From positions 85,748,001-85,812,000 of the forward strand of contig NW_024704742.1 of assembly GCF_018977255.1 (NCBI RefSeq): DNA of 64,000 nt, written 5' to 3'. The stretch's first letter is position 1. Each line of letters opens with the position of its first letter. The translations under genes and the position numbers were made by a program. This document shows positions 47,401 through 59,400 of this stretch, piece after piece. The stretch is from Callorhinchus milii. Lineage: Eukaryota. The notes under the pieces were generated by a model. That model saw only the letters and a list, made by a program, of their open reading frames with translations, had not been told where the DNA came from and made no database searches.

Positions 47401-50400
47401 ACACAGAGATCCAATGGCATGTCATAATACAGGAAAGTATTGGTGTTTGTGCATCATAACCGTTTACCCATAAAACACAAAGCGCACTTGACAGCATATT
47501 GTGGAGTTCTGTAGCTCAGTGGTTAGAGCACTCGCTTTGCAAGTGAGAGACCTGAGTTCAATTCCAGGCAGGGCGAAACCTTGGGCAAGTTTCCTTACTC
47601 CACACAGAGCCTAATAATAATCCCTCCAAAACCAAAAACAATATTAAATTGGTCATTTTCAATCTACGACTGTTTGTGGGACATTGCTGTGCGCAATTGG
47701 CTGCCGCGCTCGCCCACAAATATACAGTCAATTCACTTTACAGTGTGTTCTGTGAAACGTTTTGGGACGTCCTCCCGACGTGAAAAGCGCTGTATCAAAT
47801 GCAAGGATTATATCAAATGCAAGGATTATATACTGCAAAGTGCTATGTGAGGTCCTCCTGACATGAAAGGTGCTATACCGAATGCAAGGATTATTATCAT
47901 TATCACTTTATCATAAACGTCATTGTCCTGCATACCACTACTTTGGTGTAGATGTCCTCAGCGAACTTCAAGTCTTTGTATTTGGCTTCTACGGGGAAGG
48001 TATATTTGGTTAACCATGGAAGAAGCGTGAGGTCGAGGCCTGTGCCTATGTTGGAGTATTGGGATGCATGGATGTGAGTATCAACCAGTCCTGGAATAAA
48101 GAATTCCTTCCTGAACAGAAAAAAAAAGTTGCTTTAATAATGCAGAAGAAATGAAACTTGAAACTTATGGATTCTTGAAAATCGTCAAATTCAGTCATAA
48201 TTTTGAAATCAGCTAACAAATTAAGACTGAAGAATTTTCCAAAATTTGAAGACACTGGTCCTAAAGGTAAGCGCATAGATTTTTGACCCTTGCGGACCTT
48301 TCTGAGTGATGGAAACTCTGCTGAATTCCTGTACGTGGGGAAGCATAGTGAAGCCCAGTCTGCTTGTTCAGGTGGATGTTAAAAATCCCATGGCACTACT
48401 CAAAAGGAGAAGGGAGTTTCCCTCTCCCGCCTGTCCAAGCCAACAATCCCCCAGATAAAATCGATCATTCACTTCATGGCTGTTTCTTGGACGGTGCTGT
48501 GTGCAAATTAGCTACAAAATACACTTTACAGTATAGAGTTATGAAGCACTTTGTGACATCCTCCAGACATGAAAGACGCTATACCAAATGTAGGGATCAT
48601 AAATAGTGAAGAGGAGAGTAGAAGCATAAGTGGAAATTAACATCCAGAGAACTAAACCATGATAGTTCTTTGAGCCCTTGGAAAACAGCAAGGATAGCCA
48701 TCTTCACTCACTTTTCTGGATCTGCCCCAAAGTCCATACCTACTGGGAAATGATTTCGGAGGAAATTGGGATTATTACTGGTCTTACTAATTACCCTGAC
48801 CCTCTATACTGGGGTTAAAATCCAACAATCCCCAATGCACATTCTGGGGCTCCCCTTTGGCTCTTGCCAGCCCTTGCCTAATAGACTTCAAAATTAGGAA
48901 GCAAGATATATTCTTCCGAGGAAAGAGTGCTGATTCCATTCCAAACACAACAACAAAAACAAATTAAATTTGTAAAGTGCCTTTCATGTCGGGAGGATGT
49001 CCAAGGCATAGACAGACATAGTTACTGATCCGAACTGAGGGTCGGGGTTGGGGAGGGTGGAGGGCAGGGGGGGAAGCAGGGAGATCAAATGCACAGTCAA
49101 AGAGGAGGGTCTTGAGATGGGACTTGAAGGTGGCAAAGGAGGGTGGGGGCAGAGTGGCCAGAGGCCCGTCCACCAATAGTGGGCAAGCAAGGTGGGGACG
49201 TGAAGCAGGCTGGAGTCCTCTGAGCAGAGGGAGCGAGCAGGATGGTAGGGGGTTAGGAGGTCGCAGAGGTAGGGGGGAGCAAGAACGTGGAGGGCTTTGA
49301 AGGTGAGGACCAGGATCTTGAACTGTATCCTCTGTGTGATGGGAAGCCAGTGGAGTTGAGCAAGGATGGGGGTGATAGGGTCACGGAGCCTAGTGCAGGA
49401 GAGGACACTGCAGCCTGCGGAAGGAGGAGTTGGGGAGGCCGACAAGCAATGAGTTTGCATAGTTGAGCCTCGATGTAATGAAAGCAAGTAGGAGGGTTTC
49501 GGGGGCCTGCAGTGTGAGACAATGGCGGAGCAGGGTGACGCTGCGGAGGTGGGGGAAGACAGAGAGGGTCATGGCGCAGATGTGGGGTGGAAAGCATAGT
49601 TGAGGGTCAAACAAGACCCCAAGGTTGCGGACTGGCTCAGTAAGGTGGAGTGTGCAACCATGGATGGTGATGCTGTCAGTGCCTGAGGTGAGGAGGCACT
49701 GACGGGAGCCAATCAGGAGAGCCTCGGTCTTGTTGATGTTCAACTGAAGAAAGTTAGCTCAGGACAGCAGTGATCCTGGAGTCGAGGGTGGAGGCAGAGA
49801 GGTAGAGTTGGGTGTCATCCGCATGCATGTGGAAGTTGACCCCATGTTTGTGGATGATGTCACCAAGAGGGAGCATATAGATGTTGAAGAGGAGGGGACC
49901 AAGGACAGAGCCCTGAGGAACGTCGCACACGACTGTGCAGGGGCTAGAGGAGGAGCCATTTGAGGAGATGAAGTGTAGGCGGTGTGAGAGTACGATCTGA
50001 ACCAGTCAAGGTCAGAGCCGTGGAGGTTGAGGTGAGAGGAGAGGTGGTGGATGAGGATAGAGCGGTGAAGGAGGACGAGGAGGCAGAGGGAGCCCTGATC
50101 GCAGATGGACAGAATGTCATTTGTCACTTTGACCAGGGCTGTTTCTGTGCTGTGGGTGGCACGGAAACCCAATTGGAGGGGTTCGAGAAGGGAATGGCGG
50201 GAGAGGAAGGAGCGAAGCTGGGAAGCAACAACTCATTCCAGGAGCTTGGAAAGAGAGGTTGGAGCTGCGGTGGTAGTTAGGGAGTAGAGAAGAGTCCAGG
50301 TAGGGTTTTTTAAGCATAGGAGTGATTACGGCGCTTTTTAATGGGGTGGGAATGGTACCAGAGGACAGGGAGACAGGAATTTCCTTTGTAGGTGTGACAC

Positions 50401-53400
50401 ACACAGAACTCTGGCCTGGTTTGAATAGTGTTACCATGGGGATGGGTCCGCATGTGTCAGACACCCGGCTGACCAAAACAATATATACTGCGGTCATTGG
50501 TTAAAATTACATTAATTTGGCTCATCTAGTAAAGCTTCTCTTGAGCTTGGCGATCATTATATGTTTCCTGACGTGAGCTGGACTTCCTCTCTTGTTTTGA
50601 GAAGTGTGAAGGATAATCCAATTGGGGTGGAATTCTCTTCCCTTAACCCAGGACCAAGCGTTCTGAGACGCTACCCTGCGCGAGGGGTGCTATATAAATG
50701 CAAGTTGTTGTTGTTGTCGACCAATTTATCTCTTTTACTATAGTATTGGGCCTGTGATTGGTGGATAGAATGCAAAGAGGAACACTGTGTTCAAGAGGAG
50801 CAAGAGGAACCAGGAAATGCCGTAGCAATGAGAGGACATACTCACATGGGCTGAAGCACTCTGATGTCCTTTTTGTTGAAATGCCATGTTTCAGATAACT
50901 TCTCTTCTTTATCACTAGCCTCAAAGAAAACAATCTGCAAGAAAACAACAAACTCAAAATAAGGGGAACTATTGCGTGAAACATCTTCTTATTTAAAGGT
51001 TACTGATTTTCTATGCTGGAATAATATAACGTGGGAACAAGAAACTCCCTCTCAATACTGCAGTTGTGGATGATATTGTAAGTGGCAGACAGACACTGTC
51101 TGGGTTTGTAGTCACTGCTCTGCACCCTCACTACCTCATGCTCTCAGCTACTCAAACCTTCCCAATTTACCACTTTCTCGGGCACTGTGGTCTTCTCCAC
51201 AGCAGCTCCAACTGACCATGACCATGTCGCTGGGGGCAGGGAGTGATCCTACTCAGCTCCTGTCAACCCTGCAAGCCAACCCCTAATGGGTAGTGAGGAC
51301 CTAGCTGGACAAGCAGCGGGAAAGCTTGGCAGACAGTAACCATGTGGCAATACTGGACAGCCTTTGTTATTTTCTTCCTTGAACCAGGCCCACTTGTCAG
51401 AGCACAGAGGCAGGTTAGGTTAGAGTTTTTATGTAGCCCAGGATCTGCATCCCCTCAGTAGAGTGCTAGGCCTCTTTGGAATGCTCTCATGGCGTTGTCG
51501 GTGCCCACATTAGCTGGTTATGGTACAGTATGATCATCTAGAATTGGAGCAATCAGTAGTCCACATGAGCAAAATACAAAGAGAAAACAAAGCAAATAAA
51601 AGATCCTAAACAAGGAATCTGCCGCTTATCTCTGCCTGGGAAGGTCCCATCTAGTGCTCTAGTGCAAAGTCGAGGCATTTTCCTGTTCCCTACTGATACA
51701 GTTCTAATCTCTTTGAGTTGATTAACCAGAGGCGTACATAAATGACCTTTATTTACTTACATCTCAAGGGCTCACACAACTTCCCAAACTAGCTTGGGGT
51801 ATAAAATAGCTTTAGTTTCCTTTAGATCTGCTGGTCAATTGTTCCAAGCTATTGTTATCTGGTTATACATTATCCCATTGTGAGGAGATGGGAAGAGTTA
51901 AATGCAGGCTTGTACTTACACCTGCAAATACCTGCAGAGGGTGGGAAGGGTGTGTGGAAAGTCTCAAAGTCCTTCTTTATTTAGTAAAACCAGAACAATA
52001 TTCTCAGTTGGATTATTTGGATCCTCTCAGCCGCAGATAAGCATTAAGTGGAATTATATTACATTCGTGGTGCAGTTATAGTCAATTACATAGTCAATCC
52101 ACTACTGTTTGTGGAACATTGCTGTGCAAGGGCCGGTAACTGCCGGCTGGGCCGGAGGTCTCGTGGACCTTAAGTTGGGGTGGGTGTCGAGGGGATCAAG
52201 CGTTCTAGTTTGTGGTTCCAGTTTCTCTCTCAAGTTAAATTACTAGTTTCAATAGGGATGACTTGCTGATTTCTGACAAGTGGCCTATGACGAGGGTCAG
52301 GAATGATGTCTTATCTCAGTGACGTCTGCGCTCTGATGAGACCCCAAAAACTATCAACAGATAGTAAGTACACAGATCATGGCATGGAGAGCAACTGAAT
52401 AACTTTTTGCAGTTGGATATTAAATATCCACTAGACCTAATCTGAATGAAAAAGAACTTGGATTTTTGTACCATCTGTAATGTCAAAACACTTTTCTGGA
52501 TTTATTATCAAACGTAGCGACTGCTTTTTTTTTTGCAGGCAGATACTTTGTGCAAAAACAAAGCAAACAGCCATTGCTTGAATGACCACTGCAGGACAGG
52601 CCAACGGGAGAAACTCCGTTCTCTTTTTGAATAATGCCAGGGGTTCTTTATCGCCCACCTGAACAGACAGATGGGGTCTTAATAATAATAATCCTTGCAT
52701 TTGATATAGCACTTTTCACGTCTTCTGGACGTCTCAAAGCACTTCACAGAATATACTGTAAAGTGAATTGACTATATATTTGTCGGCGAAATGCGGCAGC
52801 CAATTGCGCACAGCAGTGTCCCACAAACAGTCGTCAATTGAAGTGACCAATTTACAACTACAACAACAACAACTTCGATTTATATAGCGCCCTCCATGCT
52901 GGACTGTGTCTCAGAGCGCTTTACAATAACGGATCCCAGGGCCAAGCCAGGGGGAGGGGGAGGAAGGTGACCAAAGGCGCGGTCGAAAAGAAAGGTCTTC
53001 AGCAGGGAGATCTTTATTATTGTTTATTATTCATTTATTATTGTTTTATTTTTTTGAGGGACTATTATCAGGCGTGTGGTGTAAGGAAACTTGCCCAAGG
53101 TTTCACCCAGCAGGGAATCAAATCTAGGTCTCTCACTTGTAAAGCGAGTGCTCTAACCACTGAGCTACAGGACTCCACTTAGTTCAATGCATCATGCAAA
53201 GGATGGCACATGCATTGTACGATAGTGTCAGCCTGGACTGAGGGCAAGAACTGGCTTAGGACTTCAACCCACAACCTTCTGACCCAAAGGGGCAAGTGTT
53301 ACCAACTGAGCTGAGCTGATATTTTCTATATGGCTACCGAATGCACCATACGTTAAACCTACTTGATCATTAAATTCATTAATCCTTCTTAACTTGAGGG

Positions 53401-56400
53401 AGGAAGGTCTTGCCCACACGACACATAAATAGGGTAAGCTCTGCTCTTCTTCGAATATTGCAACTTAATTATTATAATTATTTATTCAGGGAATTCACAC
53501 TTTATCACAGCAATTGGGAAAAATAATTATAGGCACCAAAGTTATTTTCGGCAACTTTGGCAATATCTTATATACAATATTAGTCTAGAAACGATTAGGT
53601 GGAAAGAGCACGTCCGTAGACTCGTAGAGAATCAAACGTGCTTTGCTGTGAGAGGTTGTAATTTGTGGGTGAACGTTTCATGCACAATGCCAGACAGCTC
53701 ATGTCTGCAGAAATAAATCCAGAAGAGAGAATGAGAGAGAAATTGAAGGGTTGTCACTGTATTGGAATTATTTGCCAGGGTTGAGCGGAGTTGTTTGGAG
53801 CATGAGTTGTTCAGAGTTGTTTAGATAAGCACATGCAGAGAAAGGGTATTAGAGTATTATTATTATTATTATGGAAGGGTATAATTATCTTCCCAACTCT
53901 TCCCTCCATAAAATGTAGATTATTCAAAACTCTGCAGCACCAAGCTCCATAAACCTATCACTCCCCTCCTTGCCCGGATTCCCTGACTCCCCATTCCCCA
54001 GAGGATAGAGTTCAAAATCCTCGTCCTCGCTTTCAAAGCTCTCCACGGCCTTGCGCCTCCCTACATCTTTGACCTGGTAGCCCGACCTGTGCGCTCCCTC
54101 TGCTCAGCGGACTCTGGTGTGCTCCACACAGAGAGAGTGCCGTGACGCATGCATGAAAGAGTGGAGAGAAAGAGAAGAGACACAGATAAAATTTTACTGA
54201 AGTGTTATAAGGCTTTGGGATTCCAGTTATAGTTTGTTATGATTTTCAATGCTTAATTTTGAAGCACTCGTCTTTGTACTGTATCTGTTATTTTACTCGT
54301 GCCTTTGGGTGTTTCATCTTCATTAAAAAAAGTTACAATTAGATTAAAAAGAAAACAAACGATCAACCAAAATCTGTCATCTGATTATAGCTCATTCACT
54401 AAACAGGCAGCTGATTTTTTTAATAGGGCTTTTCACTTCAAATAGCTCACAAATTATTATGTTTAAGTGTTTTAGCAGGCACATGTGACAGCCATTTGAA
54501 TTAGCAAGGATTCAGTCAATTAATAATAATAATCCTTGCATTTGATATAGTGCCGTATCACATCGTTTAGGTGTCTCAAAGTGCCTCACATGATTTCCTG
54601 CGAAGTGGAATGACTGTGTATTTTGTGGGTGAAACTCAGCAGCCAGTTACTTACAGCAATGTCCAACAAACAGCCAGTGACCAATTTTATCTGGTGGATT
54701 GGTGGCCAGGACACCGGAAGAGAGAAACTCCCTTCTCTTTTTGAATTAATAGGATATTTAATGACCATTTGGTCAGGCAGATGGGCCCTCATTTTAACTT
54801 TGCGTTTGAAGAACGGGACCTCCAGACTCAGAGCCGAGAGCAAAGGTGTAGCTTGGCACTGAGTCGCAGAGAAAAGGGAAGTGACCGAGGCATGGGCAAA
54901 GAGGAAAGTCTTTGGGTGAGATCTGAAGACAGGAAACGATTGGAGCAAGGTGGAGGGATTGAGGCAGGAAGTTCCAGAAGTACAGGGGTTAGGGGTAGTG
55001 GCACCTCTGACAATGGTGAAGATGAGAGGTCAAGGGATTTGCAGAAAGCCTGAGCTGGACCAGCAAAGGGGGCAGGTAGTGGAGTGGAGTATGAGCAGGT
55101 TGGAAGGGTAGGCAGGTGAGGAGCTTGAAAGCAATCTGAACCAGACAAAACAGTGAAGACAATCCTCTCAATCAGGAGTTTACTGGGGTGGCTGTGCTGA
55201 TTGAAATTAGTTTTGAAATTTAGCTCAAGGTGAGGGAACATCTTCCTTTTCCTACTTTTTCTATTTTATTTTTCAAATCCCTTCATGCCCTCGCACCTCT
55301 CTACCTATCCGATTTGCTTACATACCCACCCGCACCCACCCGCCACTTCAGCACTCGCTACCTCCGCTCGGCTGGCTCCAGCATCCTGTTTATCCCTCGT
55401 CCCTCTGCTTCACCATCGGTAGCCATGCCTTCAACCACTATGCCCCAAAACTCTGGAACTCTCTCCTTCAATCCCTCCGCCTTGCCCCCTCCCTCGCTTC
55501 TTTCAAATTCCGCCCAAAAGACCTTCCTTTTTGACTGTGCTTACAGTCACCTCCCCATTCCCTCTGTCTCGGGACTCTGCCATTGTGAAGTGCTCCGGGA
55601 TGCTACCCTCGAGTGAAGGACGCTATATAAATGCAAGTTGTTGTTGTTTTAATCTCTGTCCAGAAATCCCCACTGACCACAAACCTTTCTATTTAGTGAC
55701 ACTGGAGTGGTTAATGAAAACTGGAAACTTCCTGGAAAGTGGTGGTTGTTCCCTTGTTGGCCCATCATGCAGGGTAATTTACGTTCGTAATGATATGACT
55801 GACAATCTCACTAGCTTAGTTCCTTCTACGATTGGAAATTTCACCAATAGTTACAAGGTGCCTTGTGCATTATTTAGCATGCCGTGATTGTGGCAACCGG
55901 GTAAGTACTGCATGTCAGCGGGAGGAATTGACAGTGCCCTTCAAAGCAGATACCAGAGAATTTATTGGGTAATAAATTCTTATTGGGAAATAAATTCTTA
56001 TTGAAATAAATTCTTGTGAACTTATAATATGACAACAACTTGCATTTATATAGCACCCTTCACATAGGGCAGCGTCTCAGAGCGCTTGACAGGGGATACT
56101 CGCAGAATTGGGGGAACGTCTTGGGGTGGGGGTTTTGTCACCAGTGATTTTGCATAGTCAGGATTTCAAATCGCAGTGACTAGGAGACTGATTGTCTTTG
56201 TCTTGAGTTTCCTGGTGTGATACTGTAACATTACAAATAACACAATGTATATTTTACATGTTGCAGTTTTGTTCCAGCTTGCTCTTTCTATCTAAACCTC
56301 TCCTTAAGGATTCCAAATCCTTTCTATCTCCTACTCAGTGTGTGATACAGAGGACAAAAGTCACCCTGCAAAATGTGACCATTAGCATGTGTCGGCCTCG

Positions 56401-59400
56401 AGATTGACTGAGCCTTCAATTTAAAGATGGTTTTCCTGTAAGTTTTTGTAAGAAAAATGGCTTCAAAGTTATAATGTGGAATTCAATAATTTGCCAAATG
56501 TTGGATGTTCTGAAACACTACATAAATGAAGTAAATTTAGACTTGTGTGTGTGTCACTCTCTGTATCTGTGAGTGTCTATGAATGGGTCTCTCTCGTGTT
56601 TCTGAGTATAACACTCCCTCTATGTGTGTATATATGTGTGTGTATGTGTGTGTGTACGTATGTACGTACGTACGTATGTACGGCTCCCTCTCTCTCTCTG
56701 TGTGAGTGTGTCTTTTGGTGTGTGTATGAATCTGTCAAGGTAAATTAATAATCGCCACGTGCATGGGTGATGATAAAACAGTAAAGGGAAGCAATTGAAC
56801 AAACAATTTTGATGGACTACCATCAAGCTTAATCTAGCACTGCGCATCTCATTCATCTAACCCTAGGGATCATCATTGTTGCTCCCCTCTACACTGTCTC
56901 TCGGCAGCCCCTTATGTCACAGTAACCAGAATTGTATGCAGTATCCAATGTATGGTTTGACCAGAGCACTCCGCAGCCTGAGCCTGACATCTGACCCTAA
57001 CCCATCCTTTTTGCTTAGCATTAAAAATATATTTGTCATCCCAGGAGCCCATTCTTTAATGAATCATCAGATTGCAATTGAGCTCATCTAGAGAACCCCA
57101 AAGTTTCCATCCCACCACTACCTGCCTCACACCATTGGCACTGCGCTGACTTACTACCCTCATATCCTTTACAACTCGATACTTCAGAGGGCGGGAGCAG
57201 GTTAGAAAAAGCGTTTTCATGCTATAAAAGGGTATGAGAGGGAGACAAGTGATCAGGATTAGAATAGTTAACTACAGTGCAGCAGCAGCTAGCAGCAGTT
57301 TAGGCTAGATGGGATCAATGGCCCCCTCCTAAACAATGATTTCTATTATTTTTTTATATAGGTCCTGCCTGCCTTCCAGATGGATGTTAAAGATCCCAAG
57401 AGTCTAATTGAGAAGAGAAAGTGTGTTCCACCCGGTATCCTGGCCAACAATCCCCCAATTAAAATTAGTCCTTCACTTTCTGGCTGCTCTGTGCAAATTG
57501 TCTGCTGCATTCATCTACAATTACACTGTCACTACACTTTACAGAAACTTTATGAAGTACTTTGAGATTGGTGTTTTGACGCTATAGGCGCGATATCAAA
57601 TGCAATTATTGTTACTATTGTCATCACTGCAGCCTGAGTATGACATCTGGGAATCTAAAGCTATGTCCTCTTGTTCTACTTACTTGAATAGACAGTAAAA
57701 GTATTGATCTTGGTTTCCTTTTTCAATCCCAATTAAAATTTTATAAACCTCGAATAGGTCCTCTCTGACTAAAGAGCCCTAACTTGTCTAATCGTTGCTC
57801 ATGTCTCATTCCTCTTAACAGATTGCAACTGAGATCACTGTTCAAGATCCCCAGAGTTACCATCCCACCACTACCTGCCTCAAGCCATTGGCAGTGGGCT
57901 GAGCCTTCTACCCTCATATCATTTAATAATAATAATAATCCTTGCATTTGATATAGCACCTTATCATATCATCGAGACGTCTCAAAGCACTTCACAGAAT
58001 ATACAGTTAAATGAACTGACTGTATATTTTGTGGGGAAAACGCGGAAGCCAATTGTGCACAGCAGTCTCCCACAGACAGTCGTGGATTGAGTGAGCTAAT
58101 TATTATTATTTATTTTAGTTTTTGAAAGGATTATTACCCCGGAAAGCAATCCGCCAATCTACTAAAGACAGAGTTCCTACTTACTGCTAAGTAAACAGAA
58201 AAGTGTGGAGTAAGGAAATTTGGCTAAGGTTTCGCTGCGCCTGGAAATCAAGCCCGGCTCATCTCGCTTGTAAAGCGAGTGCTTTAACCAATACTCTACA
58301 GGACTCCCATTTCCTTGGGCTTTGGAACAGTCCACAATATTATTTGTCTAATGTTAAATATAAGGGCATTTTCTCTATACCTAGGGTTACAAGCTGAAAC
58401 CTCACTTTAATTCAGAAAAACTCAAACGGTGAGAGTATATTTTCAAGGTACTTAGAAAAGAGCAATTACAGTGAATAAACTTTATACTTAAAAGACATCA
58501 CTGCATGACTCGGGTTCAGCCGTCGGTGTTCCTGGTATAAGGATTACTAGCGCAGTGGGGTAGGTTACTTGGGACATGGATCCAATTACCAGGCGATGGG
58601 CATGTTTGAAACCGAAACACATTGTGGCTGAAGGCACAGCCGCCGAGGATGGAGCGGAGGACTCGGAAGACGAAGAGGAGGCTAGACCCGGAGTATCAAA
58701 GGCAATGGGTGCTGGTTTTGAGGAGAGAGGTGGTCAGAGAGGTAGAGGGTTGCAGAGGTGTGTAGGGATTTGAATACAAGGGTGAGGATCTTGAAATCGA
58801 CCCACCCACTCACTTACTCACCCACTCACTTACTCACCCACTCACTTACTCACCCACTCACTCACTCACCCATCCACTCACTCACTCACCCATCCACTCA
58901 CTCACTCACTCACTCACCCATCCACTCACTCACTCACTCACTCACTCACCCATCCACTCACTCACTCACCCACCCACCCACCCACTCACTCACTCACTCA
59001 CCCACCCACCCACCCACCCACTCACTCACTCACCCACCCACCCACTCACTCACTCACCCACCCACCCACCCCCCCACTCACTCACCCATCCACTCACCCA
59101 CTCACCCACTCACCCATCCACTCACTCACTCACCCATCCACTCACTCACTCACTCACTCACTCACTCACCCATCCACTCACTCACTCACTCATCCATCCA
59201 CTCACTCACTCACTCACCCATCCACTCACTCACTCACCCACCCACCCACCCACCCACCCACCCACCCACCCACTCACTCACTCACTCACTCACTCACTCA
59301 CTCACTCACTCACTCACTCACTCACTCACTCACTCACTCACCCACCCACCCACCCACCCACCCACCCACCCACTCACTCACTCACTCACTCACCCACCCA

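Noticed and set aside
52131..52155. HDV-like ribozyme (GGCCGG…GCCGGCUGGGC resembles HDV P1)
   Set aside because: Only 4 nt lie between the P1 strands, leaving no room for the P2/P3 pseudoknot.
52287..52345. SECIS-like (AUGAC…AA…UGAU) or C/D-box snoRNA-like fold (AUGAUG…CUGA with GGGUC/GACCC stem)
   Set aside because: There is no selenoprotein gene upstream on this strand. It is too short for a snoRNA and antisense to the host intron. The hammerhead reading explains more contiguous bases.
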